Source: an uncultured Nitrospiraceae bacterium (GTDB lineage Bacteria > Nitrospirota > Thermodesulfovibrionia > Thermodesulfovibrionales > SM23-35). From it: a DNA stretch of 64,000 nucleotides. The stretch covers positions 1-64,000 of the forward strand of contig CAVSHB010000002.1 in the NCBI GenBank assembly GCA_963727775.1. The letters run 5' to 3'. Positions 18,153 to 30,680 of the stretch are shown here, piece after piece. Both the position numbers and the translations under genes were made by a program. How positions within the stretch are numbered: the stretch's first letter is position 1; each line of letters begins with the position of its first letter. The notes beneath the pieces are model-generated. The model was not told the DNA's origin. It worked only from the letters and a program-made list of their open reading frames with translations, and made no database searches.

Positions 18153-18845
18153 ATGGGTAAAAAGCTGAAAACAGTCAGAGAAAAAATTGAAACGGGTAAG
18201 GAATATTCACTTGAAGATGCAATAAAACTTGCAAAGGAATCTTCCTATGCTAAATTCGATGAAACTGTTGATGTGGCACTGAATCTCGGCGTCGACCCGA
18301 GGAAGTCGGAGCAGATGGTAAGAGGCACGGTTGTCCTTCCTCACGGCATAGGTAAAAAAGTAAAGGTTCTTGTTTTTGCAAAAGGAGAAAAAGAAAAGGA
18401 AGCCCAGGACGCGGGCGCTGACTTTGTCGGTGCAGAAGATCTTGTCGATAAAATAAGCAAGGGCTGGCTGGATTTTGATAAGTCTGTAGCAACACCGGAT
18501 GTGATGGGCCTTGTAGGAAAATTAGGCAAGATATTAGGGCCAAGAGGACTTATGCCTAACCCTAAGCTCGGCACCGTAACGTTTGACATAGCGCGCACCG
18601 TTAAAGAAATTAAAGCTGGAAAGGTTGAATATAAGGCTGAAAAAGCAGGAATTATTCACGTTCCTATCGGAAAAGTTTCGTTTGATGCCGATAAGCTTGT
18701 CGATAATGTCAAATCAATTATCAGTTCCATAATGAAGGCAAAACCGGCGACAAGCAAAGGTAAGTATCTCAAGAAGATATCCATCTCATCGACTATGGGA
18801 CCGGGAATCGCAGTTGATTTAGCATCCGTAGGAAAGGGGGTGTAA
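18153..18845 (+). CDS. rplA: 50S ribosomal protein L1
   Basis: [34 protein letters not shown]. Confidence 0.98.
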   Translation: MGKKLKTVREKIETGKEYSLEDAIKLAKESSYAKFDETVDVALNLGVDPRKSEQMVRGTVVLPHGIGKKVKVLVFAKGEKEKEAQDAGADFVGAEDLVDKISKGWLDFDKSVATPDVMGLVGKLGKILGPRGLMPNPKLGTVTFDIARTVKEIKAGKVEYKAEKAGIIHVPIGKVSFDADKLVDNVKSIISSIMKAKPATSKGKYLKKISISSTMGPGIAVDLASVGKGV

Positions 18846-18846
18846 A

Positions 18847-19365
18847 CTGAACAGGTCAGAAAAAGAACAGGTTATTAAAGAATTAAATGAGGAGTTTCAG
18901 AGGGCAAAGGCAGTGGTTTTTACAGATTACAGGGGTTTGACCGTTGCTGAGCTTTCAGAATTAAGGAGGCTCCTAAGGGAAGGCAATTTCGAATATAAAA
19001 TAGTAAAAAACACATTGGCAAAGCTCGCTGCTCAAGGTACTTCCGTCCAGACCGCCGGGGACTCTTTTAAAGGTCCTGTCGGCATAGCTATCGGTTATGA
19101 CAATCCTGTTTTGACGGTAAAAAAGGTGCTTGAGTACTCGAAGAAAAATGATAAACTGAAAGTCAACATCGGTCTTATTGAAGGTTCACTTTGCGCTTCG
19201 GATGATCTAAAAGCCGTTGCCGAACTACCGCCTAAGGACGTTTTGCTTTCGATAATCGCCGGTAGCTTTAAAGCGCCTCTTAATAAACTTGCATATGGCT
19301 TCAGTGCTACGTTAACCAAATTTGTTTATGTGTTAACCGCATTAAAAAACAAACGTGAAGCGTAA
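18847..19365 (+). CDS. rplJ: 50S ribosomal protein L10 (probable CTG start)
   Basis: DYRGLTVAEL, VKNTLA. The frame extends upstream to CTG at 18847, giving the typical (M)NRSEKEQVIKELNEEF; in-frame TAG at 18829. Confidence 0.93.
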   Translation: MNRSEKEQVIKELNEEFQRAKAVVFTDYRGLTVAELSELRRLLREGNFEYKIVKNTLAKLAAQGTSVQTAGDSFKGPVGIAIGYDNPVLTVKKVLEYSKKNDKLKVNIGLIEGSLCASDDLKAVAELPPKDVLLSIIAGSFKAPLNKLAYGFSATLTKFVYVLTALKNKREA

Positions 19366-19430
19366 AAGATTAAGGAAGTAAAACCCTTTGAACATTTTAC
19401 GTCTGACGATATAAAAAGGAGGATTTAAAA

Positions 19431-19814
19431 ATGGCTGTTACAAAGGAAGAGGTTTTTGAATTTATTGACACCATGACAATTCTTGAGATGTCAAAATTTA
19501 TAAAAGAGTTTGAGGAGAGATACGGCGTTACCGCTGCCGCGCCGGTTGCAATGGCCGCTATGCCCGGAGCTGCTGCCGGAGCAGCGCCTGAGGTCGAGGA
19601 AAAAACAAGTTTTGACGTAATCCTCTCTGCCGCGGGTGACAAAAAGATTCAGGTTATAAAGGTCGTGAGAGAAATTACTTCACTCGGTTTGAAAGAGGCA
19701 AAGGATCTTGTTGACGGAGCTCCGAAAGCTGTCAAAACCGGGATATCAAAAGAAGAAGCAGAGTCAATAAAAACAAAACTTGAAGAACAGGGTGCAACCG
19801 TAGAAATCAAGTAA
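19431..19814 (+). CDS. rplL: 50S ribosomal protein L7/L12
   Basis: [31 protein letters not shown]. Confidence 0.98.
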   Translation: MAVTKEEVFEFIDTMTILEMSKFIKEFEERYGVTAAAPVAMAAMPGAAAGAAPEVEEKTSFDVILSAAGDKKIQVIKVVREITSLGLKEAKDLVDGAPKAVKTGISKEEAESIKTKLEEQGATVEIK

Positions 19815-19825
19815 AAAGGAGATGT

Positions 19826-22800
19826 ATGACAAGGGTTCTTAGAAAAAGACTAAACTTTGGAAAAGTTCCCCCGATTCTTGAAATCCCAAACCTCATAGAG
19901 ATACAGAAAAGGTCTTATGAGAAGTTTTTACAGTGGGATGTTCCTGCCGGCCAAAGAGAAGAATCCGGTTTGCAGGCGGCGTTTTTGAGTGTATTCCCGA
20001 TACTGGACTATAATGAGACAGCTTCGATAGAATTTTTGGGTTACGCGATGGGCGAACCGAAATTCGATATCCGGGACTGTTTACAAAAGGGGATCACTTT
20101 TGCCGCTCCGCTTAAAATTAAGGTTAAACTTAACCTGTGGGAATTCGAACCAAAAGGCAGCAAGAGGTTAAAGGAATCAAGGGAAGAGGATGTTTATATC
20201 GGCGAGATGCCGTTAATGACTGATACAGGCACCTTTGCGATAAACGGGACAGAGCGTGTTATAGTCAGCCAGCTTCATCGCTCGCCCGGGGTTTTTTTCA
20301 GCCATGATAAAGGGAAAACCCATGCGAGCGGAAGACTTCTTTATTCTGCGAGGGTAATCCCTTCACGCGGGTCATGGCTCGATTTTGAATTTGATACTAA
20401 AGATATCCTTTATGTAAGAATAGACAGAAGAAGAAAGCTTCCCGCAACAATAGTTCTCAAGGCTTTAGGATATTCTAATGAAGATCTTTTAAAGATCTTT
20501 TACCCTGTAGAGGCTATCAATATAGCCGGTAATAAATTTACTCGCGCTGTCAGCCAGGTTCTTGTGGGGCTAAAGGCTTCCGTGACTATAACTGCTCCTG
20601 ATACAAAAGAGCTGATTATAAAGGAAGGCGGTAAGATTACAAGGGGGTCCATCAGGAAAATGGAGGCATCGGGAATAAAAACGATCCCCATAACCAAAGA
20701 GGAAATTGTCGGCAGAATAACTTTGAAAGACATTATTGATCCTTCGACCGGAGAAGTAATACTCGACGGCAATGAGATTATTTCAGAAGAGGCCTTTAAC
20801 AAAATCTTTTCTCTCAAGATCGATTCGATCAGCCTTCTGTTTATCGATAGTGTGCATTACCTTCCTTCTCTCAGGGACACATTGTTGACAGATAAAGTCA
20901 GCACTCAGGAAGAGGCATTGCTTGAAATATACAAGAAGTTGAGACCTGGTGAACCGCCGACTTTGGCTGCCGCAAAAGACCTTTTTAACGGATTATTTTT
21001 CGACCCTAAAAGATACGACCTGTCCTCTGTGGGCCGTTTGAAGCTGAACAAAAGACTTAATATCGATGTGTCTCTGGAAACCAGGGTATTAACGGACAAC
21101 GATATTGTGGAGATAGTCAGATACCTTTTCAACCTCAGGACCGGCAAAGGTGAAGTCGACGATATAGACCATCTTGGAAACAGAAGGGTCAGGAGGGTCG
21201 GCGAACTCCTTGAAAACCAATTCAGGATAGGGCTCGTTAGGATGGAACGGACCATAAAGGAAAAGATGACTCTCACAGAACTTGAAACAGCCATGCCGCA
21301 TGATTTAATAAACGCCAAGCCTGTCATGGCTGCTTTAAAAGAGTTTTTTGGTTCAAGCCAGCTGAGTCAATTCATGGACCAGACAAACCCATTGTCCGAA
21401 ATTACTCATAAACGAAGACTTTCAGCTCTTGGTCCCGGCGGTCTTACCCGTGAACGGGCAGGGTTTGAAGTGAGAGACGTGCATCCTACTCATTACGGGA
21501 GAATATGTCCCATAGAAACACCGGAAGGTCCGAACATCGGGCTAATAACATCCTTGGCTTCTTATGCAAGGGTCAATGACTTCGGTTTTATAGAAGTACC
21601 CTATCGAAAAGTTGTGAACGGAAGAGTGTCAAAGACCATTGAATATCTTTCCGCAATAGACGGGGAAAAATATATAATTGCCGAGGCGACCTCTCCGGTA
21701 GACGATAAAGGTAATTTAACCGGAGAAACTGTTTCTGCCAGGGTCGGCGGAGACTTTAAGATGGTCTCTCCTCAGGAAGTGGAATACATGGATGTATCTC
21801 CCAAGCAGATTGTAGGCGTTTCCGCTTCTTTGATCCCATTCCTTGAAAACGATGATGCTAACAGAGCTCTGATGGGTTCAAACATGCAGAGACAGGCTGT
21901 CCCGTTACTTCGACCGGAAGCGCCTGTAGTAGGAACGGGAATGGAACATGTTGCCGCGAGAGATTCAGGCGCGCTCGTCCTTGCAAAACATAGCGGAGTT
22001 GTCGAAAGTGTCGATGCCTCCCGGATTGTTGTAAGGTCCTCTGAAGACGGCGGCGGAGTTGATATATATAATCTGATTAAGTTCCAGAGATCAAATCAGG
22101 CGACATGCCTTAACCAGAAGTCTTTAGCCAACGTAGGTGATGTTGTTAAATCAGGCGATATACTTGCCGACGGGCCTTGCACCAACGCCGGCGAACTTGC
22201 ATTGGGCAGGGATGTACTCGTTGCTTTTATGCCGTGGGGCGGATATAACTTTGAGGACGCTATCCTTCTCAGTGAACGGCTTGTAAAAGAAGATATTTAT
22301 ACGTCTGTGCATATAGAAGAGTTCGGTATTGAGGCAAGAGAAACTAAACTCGGTCCGGAGGAAATCACGCGTGACATTCCTAATGTAGGAGAAGAAGCCT
22401 TAAAGAATCTTGACGAAAGCGGCATAATCAGGATAGGCGCGGAGGTAAAGCCGGGCGATATCCTTGTAGGGAAAGTTACCCCCAAAGGAGAGACTCAACT
22501 GACGCCGGAAGAAAAACTTCTTAGGGCTATTTTTGGAGAAAAGGCAGAAGAGGTAAAAGAGAGCTGCCTTTATGTGCCGCCGGGGATCGAGGGGACAATA
22601 GTCGATGTCAGGATCTTCTCAAGAAAAGGTACACAGAAAGATGAACGGGCAAAGAGCATAGAAGAAGAGGAAATACAGAGACTGCAGAGAGATCTCGAAG
22701 AAGAGGGCAGGATAGCCAAGGAAGAGAAGTTCAGGAAGCTGAGAGGTATCCTTGTGGGACAGTCGGTTTCAGAGGATGTCAAGGATTATAAAACAAAAGA

Positions 22801-23758
22801 GATCATATGTCCCAAAGGGAAGAAACTTGCAGAAAAGCATCTGGAAAGAATAAAGGATGAACATCTCATGCGCATTAAACTCGAAGACAGTTCCGTGCGT
22901 GAGTTGATGGAGTCCATCGCCTCTGAGGCTAATCAGTACGCCCGTTATCTTGATTTGCGATATGAAGAAATGATTAACAGATTAAAAAAAGGGGATGAAC
23001 TGCCTCCGGGTGTAAATAAAGTTGTAAAGGCCTTTATCGCTATGAAGCGAAAAATCCAGGTGGGCGACAAAATGGCGGGACGTCATGGTAACAAAGGAGT
23101 AGTTGCGACGGTCATGCCGGAGGAAGACATGCCCTATCTTCCCGATGGAAGTCCGGTGGACATCGTTCTTAATCCGCTTGGTGTTCCATCTAGGATGAAC
23201 GTAGGACAGGTTCTCGAGACCCATCTTGGTTGGGCGGCAAAAGCCCTTGGACTTCACGTGGCGACGCCTGTATTCGAAGGAGCAAAAGAAGCAGAGATAA
23301 AAGACCTGCTCAGAAAAGCCAAATTACCGACAACAGGACAGATTACACTTTATAACGGCAGAACGGGGGAGCCCTTTGACAAACCGGTAACCGTTGGACA
23401 AATGTATATGCTTAAGCTTCACCACCTTGTTGATGATAAAATCCATGCCCGCTCTATCGGGCCTTATTCGTTGGTCACGCAGCAACCTCTCGGAGGTAAG
23501 GCACAGTTCGGTGGCCAGAGGCTTGGAGAAATGGAAGTATGGGCGCTTGAGGCTTACGGAGCTTCTTATACCCTTCAGGAGTTTTTAACTGTGAAAAGTG
23601 ATGATGTCATAGGTAGAGCCCGTATGTATGAAGCTATTGTGAAAGGCGACGCAACCCTCGAACCGGGGGTCCCGGAATCTTTCCATGTATTAATAAAAGA
23701 GCTCCAGAGTCTTGGACTTGATGTGGAACTTCTGGAGAAAAAAAGCAAGGGGGAGTAG
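19826..23758 (+). CDS. rpoB: RNA polymerase beta subunit
   Basis: [55 protein letters not shown]. Confidence 0.99.
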   Translation: MTRVLRKRLNFGKVPPILEIPNLIEIQKRSYEKFLQWDVPAGQREESGLQAAFLSVFPILDYNETASIEFLGYAMGEPKFDIRDCLQKGITFAAPLKIKVKLNLWEFEPKGSKRLKESREEDVYIGEMPLMTDTGTFAINGTERVIVSQLHRSPGVFFSHDKGKTHASGRLLYSARVIPSRGSWLDFEFDTKDILYVRIDRRRKLPATIVLKALGYSNEDLLKIFYPVEAINIAGNKFTRAVSQVLVGLKASVTITAPDTKELIIKEGGKITRGSIRKMEASGIKTIPITKEEIVGRITLKDIIDPSTGEVILDGNEIISEEAFNKIFSLKIDSISLLFIDSVHYLPSLRDTLLTDKVSTQEEALLEIYKKLRPGEPPTLAAAKDLFNGLFFDPKRYDLSSVGRLKLNKRLNIDVSLETRVLTDNDIVEIVRYLFNLRTGKGEVDDIDHLGNRRVRRVGELLENQFRIGLVRMERTIKEKMTLTELETAMPHDLINAKPVMAALKEFFGSSQLSQFMDQTNPLSEITHKRRLSALGPGGLTRERAGFEVRDVHPTHYGRICPIETPEGPNIGLITSLASYARVNDFGFIEVPYRKVVNGRVSKTIEYLSAIDGEKYIIAEATSPVDDKGNLTGETVSARVGGDFKMVSPQEVEYMDVSPKQIVGVSASLIPFLENDDANRALMGSNMQRQAVPLLRPEAPVVGTGMEHVAARDSGALVLAKHSGVVESVDASRIVVRSSEDGGGVDIYNLIKFQRSNQATCLNQKSLANVGDVVKSGDILADGPCTNAGELALGRDVLVAFMPWGGYNFEDAILLSERLVKEDIYTSVHIEEFGIEARETKLGPEEITRDIPNVGEEALKNLDESGIIRIGAEVKPGDILVGKVTPKGETQLTPEEKLLRAIFGEKAEEVKESCLYVPPGIEGTIVDVRIFSRKGTQKDERAKSIEEEEIQRLQRDLEEEGRIAKEEKFRKLRGILVGQSVSEDVKDYKTKEIICPKGKKLAEKHLERIKDEHLMRIKLEDSSVRELMESIASEANQYARYLDLRYEEMINRLKKGDELPPGVNKVVKAFIAMKRKIQVGDKMAGRHGNKGVVATVMPEEDMPYLPDGSPVDIVLNPLGVPSRMNVGQVLETHLGWAAKALGLHVATPVFEGAKEAEIKDLLRKAKLPTTGQITLYNGRTGEPFDKPVTVGQMYMLKLHHLVDDKIHARSIGPYSLVTQQPLGGKAQFGGQRLGEMEVWALEAYGASYTLQEFLTVKSDDVIGRARMYEAIVKGDATLEPGVPESFHVLIKELQSLGLDVELLEKKSKGE

Positions 23759-23759
23759 T

Positions 23760-26700
23760 TTGACAGAAGATATTTATGCCATTTTCCAGAGGCCGAAGGA
23801 TCCGACAGATTTTGAAGCTGTGAGAATAAGACTTGCTTCACCGGAAAAAATAAGGGAGTGGTCTTACGGCGAAGTAAAAAAGCCTGAGACGATAAACTAC
23901 CGTACTTTTAAACCTGAAAGAGACGGACTCTTTTGCGCAAAGATATTTGGTCCGATAAAGGACTGGGAGTGTATTTGCGGCAAATATAAAAGGATGAAGC
24001 ATAGGGGAGTGGTCTGCGATAAATGTGGAGTTGAGGTTATTCAGTCCAAGGTAAGGCGTGAGAGATTAGGACATATTGAGCTCGCAACCCCTGTCGCGCA
24101 CATATGGTTTCTTAAGGGGTTGCCGAGCAGGATCGGCACGCTCCTTGATATGACAATGCGGCAACTTGAAAAGGTCCTTTATTTCGAAAGCTACGTGGTC
24201 ATCGACCCCGGCGATACTGCTCTAAAGGAAAAAGAGATACTTACTGAAGATGAATACAAGAAAAAGATTTCTGAATTCGGTTCAAGGTTTAAAGCAGGTA
24301 TGGGAGCAGAAGCGATAAGAGAACTCTTAAGAAGGATCGACCTTGAAACCCTTTACGTAGAGCTTAAAACAAAGATAAGTGAGGCTGTCTCAATAGGCAT
24401 CAAGAAAAAGGTTACTAAAAGACTTAAGGTTGTGGATGCATTCAGAAAATCTACCAATAAGCCTGAATGGATGATTATGGATGTTATACCGGTTTTGCCT
24501 CCGGACCTCAGGCCTTTAGTGCCGCTGGAAGGCGGGAGGTTTGCTACTTCCGACCTTAACGACCTTTATAGGAGGGTCATTAACAGAAACAATAGGCTTA
24601 AAAGATTGATGGAGCTTAAAGCTCCGAGCGTAATCATAAAAAATGAAAAGAGGATGCTCCAGGAAGCTGTTGACGCATTGTTTGACAACGGCAGAAGAAG
24701 CAGGGTTTTGAAGACTACAACAAAAAGGCCCCTTAAATCTTTAAGTGATATGATCAAGGGAAAACAGGGCCGTTTCAGGCAGAACCTTTTGGGAAAACGC
24801 GTTGACTATTCCGGAAGGTCCGTTATTGTTGTCGGACCGGAACTCAAGCTCCACCAATGCGGCCTTCCAAAGAGAATGGCCTTGGAACTCTTCAAACCGT
24901 TTATCTTTAATAAACTTGAAGAAAAAGGATATGCAACGACAATAAAGGCAGCAAAGAAACTTGTAGAAAAAGAGAGTCACGAGGTCTGGGACGCCCTTGA
25001 AGAGGTAATACGGGAACACCCTGTTCTCTTAAACCGTGCACCGACCCTGCACAGACTTGGTATTCAGGCATTTGACCCCATTCTTGTAGAAGGAAAGGCC
25101 ATCAAATTACATCCTTTGGTCTGCACTGCTTTTAATGCCGATTTTGACGGAGACCAAATGGCTGTCCATGTCCCTCTGTCAATCGAGGCCCAACTGGAAG
25201 CAAGGGTCCTAATGATGTCAGTCAATAATATCATGTCTCCTGCAAATGGGAAACCGATAGTTGTGCCTACCCAGGATATGGTCCTCGGCATTTATTACCT
25301 CATGAAAGAAAGAAGAGGTGCGAAAGGTGAAGGGAAGCTCTTTGCCGACCCTGAGGATGTCAGAATTGCTTATGAGGCGGGTGTGATTGATGAACACGCG
25401 AAGATCAAGGTGAGGATGGACGGTTCTTTTGTTGAAACGACTACCGGCAGGATAATCTTCAGCGAGATACTCCCCCTGGGAATCTCTTTTTCCATGGTCA
25501 ATAAAGACATGACAAAGAAAGAACTCGGGAAACTGATAGATTTCATATATAAGAAATCGGGCAAGCGTGATGCAGTTGTTTTCCTGGATAATCTGGAAGC
25601 CCTCGGGTTTAAATATGCGACAAAATCCGGCGTATCCATATCTATGGCTGATATGCATATACCCTCAACAAAACCTGGGCTTATCCATGATGCAGAGCAG
25701 GAAGTCATCGAGGTCCAGAAGCAGTACGCAGACGGCCTTATCACACACGGCGAACGTTACAATAAAGTAATCGATATATGGGCAAACGTGACGGAGAAGG
25801 TCGCGGACGAGATGATGAAAGAGCTTGGCGCGGAGGATGGAAAGACCTTTTCTGAAGAAGACCTTCAGGAGAAGAGGTCATTTAACAGCATCTTTATGAT
25901 GGCTGATTCCGGCGCGAGAGGAAGCACCGCCCAGATTAGGCAGCTTGCAGGAATGAGAGGGTTGATGGCAAAACCTTCAGGCGAGATTATCGAGACGCCT
26001 ATAACGGCAAACTTCAGGGAAGGTTTGACGCCGTTGCAATATTTTATATCCACACACGGCGCAAGAAAAGGTCTCGCCGACACGGCATTAAAAACTGCAA
26101 ATTCCGGTTATCTTACAAGGAGGCTTGTTGACGTTGCCCAGGACGTCATTATATATGAAGACGATTGCGGGACAACCGATGGTATAACAGTCACGTCCCT
26201 TGTTGAAGGTGGAGAGGTAATACAGTTATTAGAGGAGAGGATCCTGGGCAGAAATGCTGTCGAAGACATTAAGGACCCAATAACAAAAGAGCTTATCATT
26301 AAAAGGAATCAGGAAATAGATGAGGAATTTACTCAAAAGATCATTGAAGCCGGCATAGACAGAGTCAAGATCAGGTCCGTGCTTACCTGTCAGTCGAAGT
26401 TCGGTGTATGCACAAAGTGTTATGGAAGAGACCTCGCAAGAGGTGAAACCACCGAAAAAGGCGAGGCAGTCGGAATAATTGCGGCACAGTCTATAGGGGA
26501 ACCGGGCACTCAGCTTACAATGAGGACATTCCATATCGGTGGGGCGGCTTCAAAAGTCGTTGAACAGACAATTCTTGAGGCAAAGAACTCGGGTTCGATT
26601 AAATTCATAAATATAAGCTCCGTAAAAAACAGAGAAGGCCTTTTGGTTGTCATGAACAGAAACGGAACCATTGCTGTCGTGGATTCAAAAGGCAGGGAAA

Positions 26701-27869
26701 AAGAGAAGTATTCTGTCGTATACGGCGCGAAATTAATGGTCGGTAACGGACAGAAAGTTGAAATCGGACAAAAACTTGTCGAATGGGACCCTTATTCAAT
26801 GCCCATTCTTACAGAGCTCGGTGGAAAGATAGCCCATGGCGACATGATTGAGGGAGTGACGGTTAAGGAAGAAGTGGATGAGGTAACAGGTCTCTCTCAT
26901 AAGGTTATCATTGATTATCCTGCCAATATGAGACCAAGGATTTCAATCAAGGACGAACACGGAAGGGTTACACTCAAGATACCGGGAACAAACGCTTTGG
27001 CAAGGTATCTCCTGCCGTCCGGAGCGCACATACTCGTTGACCGCAACGATATAGTTTACCCTGGAGATATACTCGCTAAAATACCGAGAGAGACAACCAA
27101 AACAAAAGATATAACCGGAGGGTTGCCGAGAGTCGCCGAGCTTTTTGAAGCAAGACGCCCGAAAGAGCAGGCTATAGTTTCAGAGATAGACGGTATGGTA
27201 GAGTTCAGAGGCGCGCATAAGGGCATGCGGGTTGTTGTTGTTAAAGGAGGAGATGAAACAAGGGAATACCTTATCCCAAAAGGCAAGCACGTAGGCGTCC
27301 ATGAAGGCGATTGGGTAAGGGCCGGAGAACCGTTGATGGACGGTGCGGTGAATCCCCATAATATTCTTGATATTCTCGGGCCTCAGGAGCTTCAGAGATA
27401 CCTTGTTGATGAAGTTCAGAAAGTTTACAGATTACAGGGCGTTACCATTAATGATAAACATATAGAAGTGATTGTCAGACAGATGATGAAAAAAGTCAGA
27501 ATAGAGGACCCGGGTGATTCAAATTTCCTTATCAGTGAGCAGGTAGACAGGAAGATCTTCCAGGAAGATAACAAACGGATAAAGGCAGAAGGCGGCAGGC
27601 CGGCCCAGGGCAAACCTTTATTGCTCGGAATAACAAAAGCTTCCTTATCGACAGACAGCTTTGTATCTTCTGCTTCATTCCAGGAAACAACAAGGGTCCT
27701 TACAGAGGCGGCTATCGGCGGGGCGGTGGATGAACTCAGAGGGCTTAAAGAGAATGTGATTATGGGAAGAGTAATCCCTGCCGGTACCGGAATGCCGAGA
27801 TACAGAAACACGTTTGTAAAAAGAGAATTTACTCAACCGCTTCCTGAATTGGCGCCGGTCGAAGAATAG
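23760..27869 (+). CDS. rpoC: RNA polymerase beta' subunit
   Basis: NADFDGD, zinc finger, [20 protein letters not shown] start at 23760 after AAGGGGGAG. Confidence 0.99.
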   Translation: MTEDIYAIFQRPKDPTDFEAVRIRLASPEKIREWSYGEVKKPETINYRTFKPERDGLFCAKIFGPIKDWECICGKYKRMKHRGVVCDKCGVEVIQSKVRRERLGHIELATPVAHIWFLKGLPSRIGTLLDMTMRQLEKVLYFESYVVIDPGDTALKEKEILTEDEYKKKISEFGSRFKAGMGAEAIRELLRRIDLETLYVELKTKISEAVSIGIKKKVTKRLKVVDAFRKSTNKPEWMIMDVIPVLPPDLRPLVPLEGGRFATSDLNDLYRRVINRNNRLKRLMELKAPSVIIKNEKRMLQEAVDALFDNGRRSRVLKTTTKRPLKSLSDMIKGKQGRFRQNLLGKRVDYSGRSVIVVGPELKLHQCGLPKRMALELFKPFIFNKLEEKGYATTIKAAKKLVEKESHEVWDALEEVIREHPVLLNRAPTLHRLGIQAFDPILVEGKAIKLHPLVCTAFNADFDGDQMAVHVPLSIEAQLEARVLMMSVNNIMSPANGKPIVVPTQDMVLGIYYLMKERRGAKGEGKLFADPEDVRIAYEAGVIDEHAKIKVRMDGSFVETTTGRIIFSEILPLGISFSMVNKDMTKKELGKLIDFIYKKSGKRDAVVFLDNLEALGFKYATKSGVSISMADMHIPSTKPGLIHDAEQEVIEVQKQYADGLITHGERYNKVIDIWANVTEKVADEMMKELGAEDGKTFSEEDLQEKRSFNSIFMMADSGARGSTAQIRQLAGMRGLMAKPSGEIIETPITANFREGLTPLQYFISTHGARKGLADTALKTANSGYLTRRLVDVAQDVIIYEDDCGTTDGITVTSLVEGGEVIQLLEERILGRNAVEDIKDPITKELIIKRNQEIDEEFTQKIIEAGIDRVKIRSVLTCQSKFGVCTKCYGRDLARGETTEKGEAVGIIAAQSIGEPGTQLTMRTFHIGGAASKVVEQTILEAKNSGSIKFINISSVKNREGLLVVMNRNGTIAVVDSKGREKEKYSVVYGAKLMVGNGQKVEIGQKLVEWDPYSMPILTELGGKIAHGDMIEGVTVKEEVDEVTGLSHKVIIDYPANMRPRISIKDEHGRVTLKIPGTNALARYLLPSGAHILVDRNDIVYPGDILAKIPRETTKTKDITGGLPRVAELFEARRPKEQAIVSEIDGMVEFRGAHKGMRVVVVKGGDETREYLIPKGKHVGVHEGDWVRAGEPLMDGAVNPHNILDILGPQELQRYLVDEVQKVYRLQGVTINDKHIEVIVRQMMKKVRIEDPGDSNFLISEQVDRKIFQEDNKRIKAEGGRPAQGKPLLLGITKASLSTDSFVSSASFQETTRVLTEAAIGGAVDELRGLKENVIMGRVIPAGTGMPRYRNTFVKREFTQPLPELAPVEE

Positions 27870-27881
27870 ATTACAAAAGGC

Positions 27882-28394
27882 GTGAGACGCACGGGTGAAC
27901 AGATTGCTTGTTCGTCTCACGCCTTGCCGGATATCCGCTTTATCGCCGATGCCATGCTCGGCAGGCTCGCCAGGTGGTTGAGGTTTTTAGGATTCGACAC
28001 GCTTTATTATCCGGGGATAACCGACAACGCGCTTATCAGGATTTCCATGGAACAGGACAGGCTTATATTAACGAGGGATACTCGGCTGGTAAAAATAAAG
28101 CGTATAAAGCACTGTCTTCTTATTACTGCAAACGATCCTTTCAAACAGCTTCTTGAGGTCATGCACTCACTAAAATTGAGACATTTTAATACGCTCAGCA
28201 GGTGCGTCAAGTGTAATGGCCGGCTTGTTGAGGTTATAGATAAAGAGGAGGTAAAGGACTCCGTTCCTGAATTTGTGTTCCTTCAATACAACAACTTTCT
28301 GAAATGCGGGGATTGTGGTAAAATTTACTGGGAAGGATCACATCCAAAGAAATTCAAAGAGAAGGTCGGTGATATTATTAAGGCTGTTTCTTGA
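27882..28394 (+). CDS. Mut7-C RNase domain protein (PIN-like plus zinc ribbon)
   Basis: FIADAMLGRLARWLRFLGFDT, ILTRD, SRCVKCN, C..CGKIYWEGSH. Confidence 0.9.
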   Translation: MRRTGEQIACSSHALPDIRFIADAMLGRLARWLRFLGFDTLYYPGITDNALIRISMEQDRLILTRDTRLVKIKRIKHCLLITANDPFKQLLEVMHSLKLRHFNTLSRCVKCNGRLVEVIDKEEVKDSVPEFVFLQYNNFLKCGDCGKIYWEGSHPKKFKEKVGDIIKAVS

Positions 28395-28458
28395 CAATGA
28401 CAAGGGTTAATATATAAAATAAATAGTTATTTAAATATAAAATCAGGGGGAGTTAATT

Positions 28459-28656
28459 ATGCCTATTTTTGAATATACATGTAACGCATGCAATGAAATG
28501 TTTGCCCTCCTTCAGCGTGCTGCTGAAGTGAATGATACTTTATGTCCCAAGTGCGGCTCAAAGGACATTAAAAAGGTTCCTTCTTCCTTCAGTTGTTCGT
28601 CTGATTCAGGGTCTTCCTCGGATGGTTCCTATTCCGGATTCAGCGGCGGCGGCTGA
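28459..28656 (+). CDS. FmdB-family zinc-ribbon protein
   Basis: MPIFEYTCNAC...CPKCGS...S.FS; SD AGGGGG. Confidence 0.85.
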   Translation: MPIFEYTCNACNEMFALLQRAAEVNDTLCPKCGSKDIKKVPSSFSCSSDSGSSSDGSYSGFSGGG

Positions 28657-28712
28657 AGACCTTCATTCTGCTAAACCTTGCGTTTAGCCGGTTTCTCAAG
28701 ACGCAACTATTC

Positions 28713-29723
28713 CTAAACTATACCTTGCTTGAGGATATCATGCAGGTGGATTATGCCGACGGGTCTTCCCGCGGCATCGGGGATTATCAGTGCCGTTATC
28801 GATCGGCCTTCCATAATAGATAGAGCCTTTGCCGCCAGGTCTTCTCCGGAGATAGTCTTAGGCTTTTTCGTCATGATCTTCTCTGCTGTCATCTCAAAAA
28901 ACTTTTTGCGCCATTTTTCCAAACCTCTCCTGACATCCCCATCAGTTATTACCCCAGTGATCCTTTTATCCTTGTCTATAACAATTGTATGACCGAGCCT
29001 CTTTGAAGACATCTCGATTACAGCCCTGGACATAGGTGTATCAGCTGATACTACGGGAAGCCGGTCTCCGGTATGCATCAGGTCTTTCACCGTAATGAAA
29101 AGTCTTTTACCTATTGTTCCACTGGGATGGAAAAATGCAAAGTCTTTCTCGTTTAATCCGCGCTTAACGAGGAGTGCAACAGCAATGGCGTCTCCCATTG
29201 CCATCGTTGCAGTAGTCGAAGCGGTAGGGACAATGCCCATGGGACAGGCTTCTTCAAGGACAGATACATCGAGTGTAACATCAGATGCCTTTGAGAGTGA
29301 CGATCCGGGATTTCCCGTCATAGAGATCAGCTTAATTCCAAATCTTTTCAGAAAAGGGATCAGTCCGGTAAGTTCATCGGTCTCGCCGCTGTTTGATATG
29401 GCAATAATAACATCCCGCTCTGTAACCATTCCGAGATCACCGTGGCTTGCCTCAGCCGGATGGAGGAAGAAGGCGGGGGTCCCGGTGGAAGCCAGGGTTG
29501 CAGCTATTTTTTTGCCGACAAGCCCTGATTTGCCCATGCCGGAGACAACAACCCTCCCTTTGCTTGCAAAGAGAATATCTACTGCTTTTTCAAAATCACT
29601 GTTAAGCCTTTCTATTAAGGCATGGACAGCCTCTGCTTCGGTTTTTAAAACCTTTTTTGCGATATCAAGGACGGAGCTATGAACATCGGGGTTCTTTTGT
29701 GTTTTATTTACCTTTTTTTTCAT
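28713..29723 (-). CDS. kdsD: Arabinose-5-phosphate isomerase (KpsF/GutQ; SIS plus CBS)
   Basis: GMGKSG, HPAEASHGDLG, PTASTT, FHPSG, CBS pair. Confidence 0.95.
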   Translation of the reverse strand: MKKKVNKTQKNPDVHSSVLDIAKKVLKTEAEAVHALIERLNSDFEKAVDILFASKGRVVVSGMGKSGLVGKKIAATLASTGTPAFFLHPAEASHGDLGMVTERDVIIAISNSGETDELTGLIPFLKRFGIKLISMTGNPGSSLSKASDVTLDVSVLEEACPMGIVPTASTTATMAMGDAIAVALLVKRGLNEKDFAFFHPSGTIGKRLFITVKDLMHTGDRLPVVSADTPMSRAVIEMSSKRLGHTIVIDKDKRITGVITDGDVRRGLEKWRKKFFEMTAEKIMTKKPKTISGEDLAAKALSIMEGRSITALIIPDAAGRPVGIIHLHDILKQGIV

Positions 29724-29792
29724 ATAAAAAAACTTTCATCCTTTAATTTTATATCATAACAGATTTGCTTTTCAGGAATGCCTTTCCAAATC

Positions 29793-30626
29793 TCAGTAAA
29801 AAGGCAGGTCTTTTACCAATCCGTCAATAGCCTTAACAGTTTTTAATATTTTTTGAACATCATCGAGTTTTATCATATTCGGACCATCACACAATGCCCT
29901 CCCAGGTTCCGGATGGACCTCCATAAAAAGTCCGTCTACCCCAACCGCCGCCGCTGCATTGGCGAGATATCCGGCAAATTCTCTCTGCCCATCTGAACTT
30001 TTCCCCATGCCGCCGGGCAATTGAAGGCTATGAGTGATATCGAAGATGACAGGGTATCCAAAGGACCTCATTATCGGAAACCCCCTGAAATCAACAACGA
30101 GATTGTTATATCCAAAGGATGTGCCCCTTTCCGTAATACATATATTTTGATTGCCGGTAGAGGTAAATTTGTCGATGATATTTTTTACATCCCACGGCGC
30201 AAGGAACTGTCCCTTTTTTATATTTACAGATTTCCCTGTATTTGATGCAGCTATAATAAGGTCGGTCTGCCTGCATAAAAAAGCAGGTATCTGAAGGACG
30301 TCAAGGACCTCTGCGGCATATTTTGCTTCTTCTGTTGAATGCACATCCGAAATTACCGGGATATCGAACTTGCTCCTCACATCGGAAAGGATCTGTAACC
30401 CCTTCTCTAATCCGGGTCCCCTGAAAGAGGACAAAGAAGTCCTGTTCGCTTTGTCATAAGAACTCTTGAATAAGAGGGGTAAGCCGAGTCCTATACAAAG
30501 CTCTTTCAGCTTCCCGGCAGTAAAGAATACAATATCTTCGCTTTCAATAACACATGGGCCTGCAACGATTAATAAAGGATTACTGCCGCCGAGTTTTTTG
30601 TCTGCTATCCTTACTTCTTTAGTCAA
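29793..30626 (-). CDS. kdsA: KDO 8-phosphate synthase
   Basis: AGPCVIES, DKANRTS, IPAFLCRQTDL, KKGQF, CDGPN. Confidence 0.97.
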   Translation of the reverse strand: MTKEVRIADKKLGGSNPLLIVAGPCVIESEDIVFFTAGKLKELCIGLGLPLLFKSSYDKANRTSLSSFRGPGLEKGLQILSDVRSKFDIPVISDVHSTEEAKYAAEVLDVLQIPAFLCRQTDLIIAASNTGKSVNIKKGQFLAPWDVKNIIDKFTSTGNQNICITERGTSFGYNNLVVDFRGFPIMRSFGYPVIFDITHSLQLPGGMGKSSDGQREFAGYLANAAAAVGVDGLFMEVHPEPGRALCDGPNMIKLDDVQKILKTVKAIDGLVKDLPFY

Positions 30627-30680
30627 AAATCATCCCAGATAAAATAATGCAGGTGTTTGACACAATATCTGCACTTTTGG

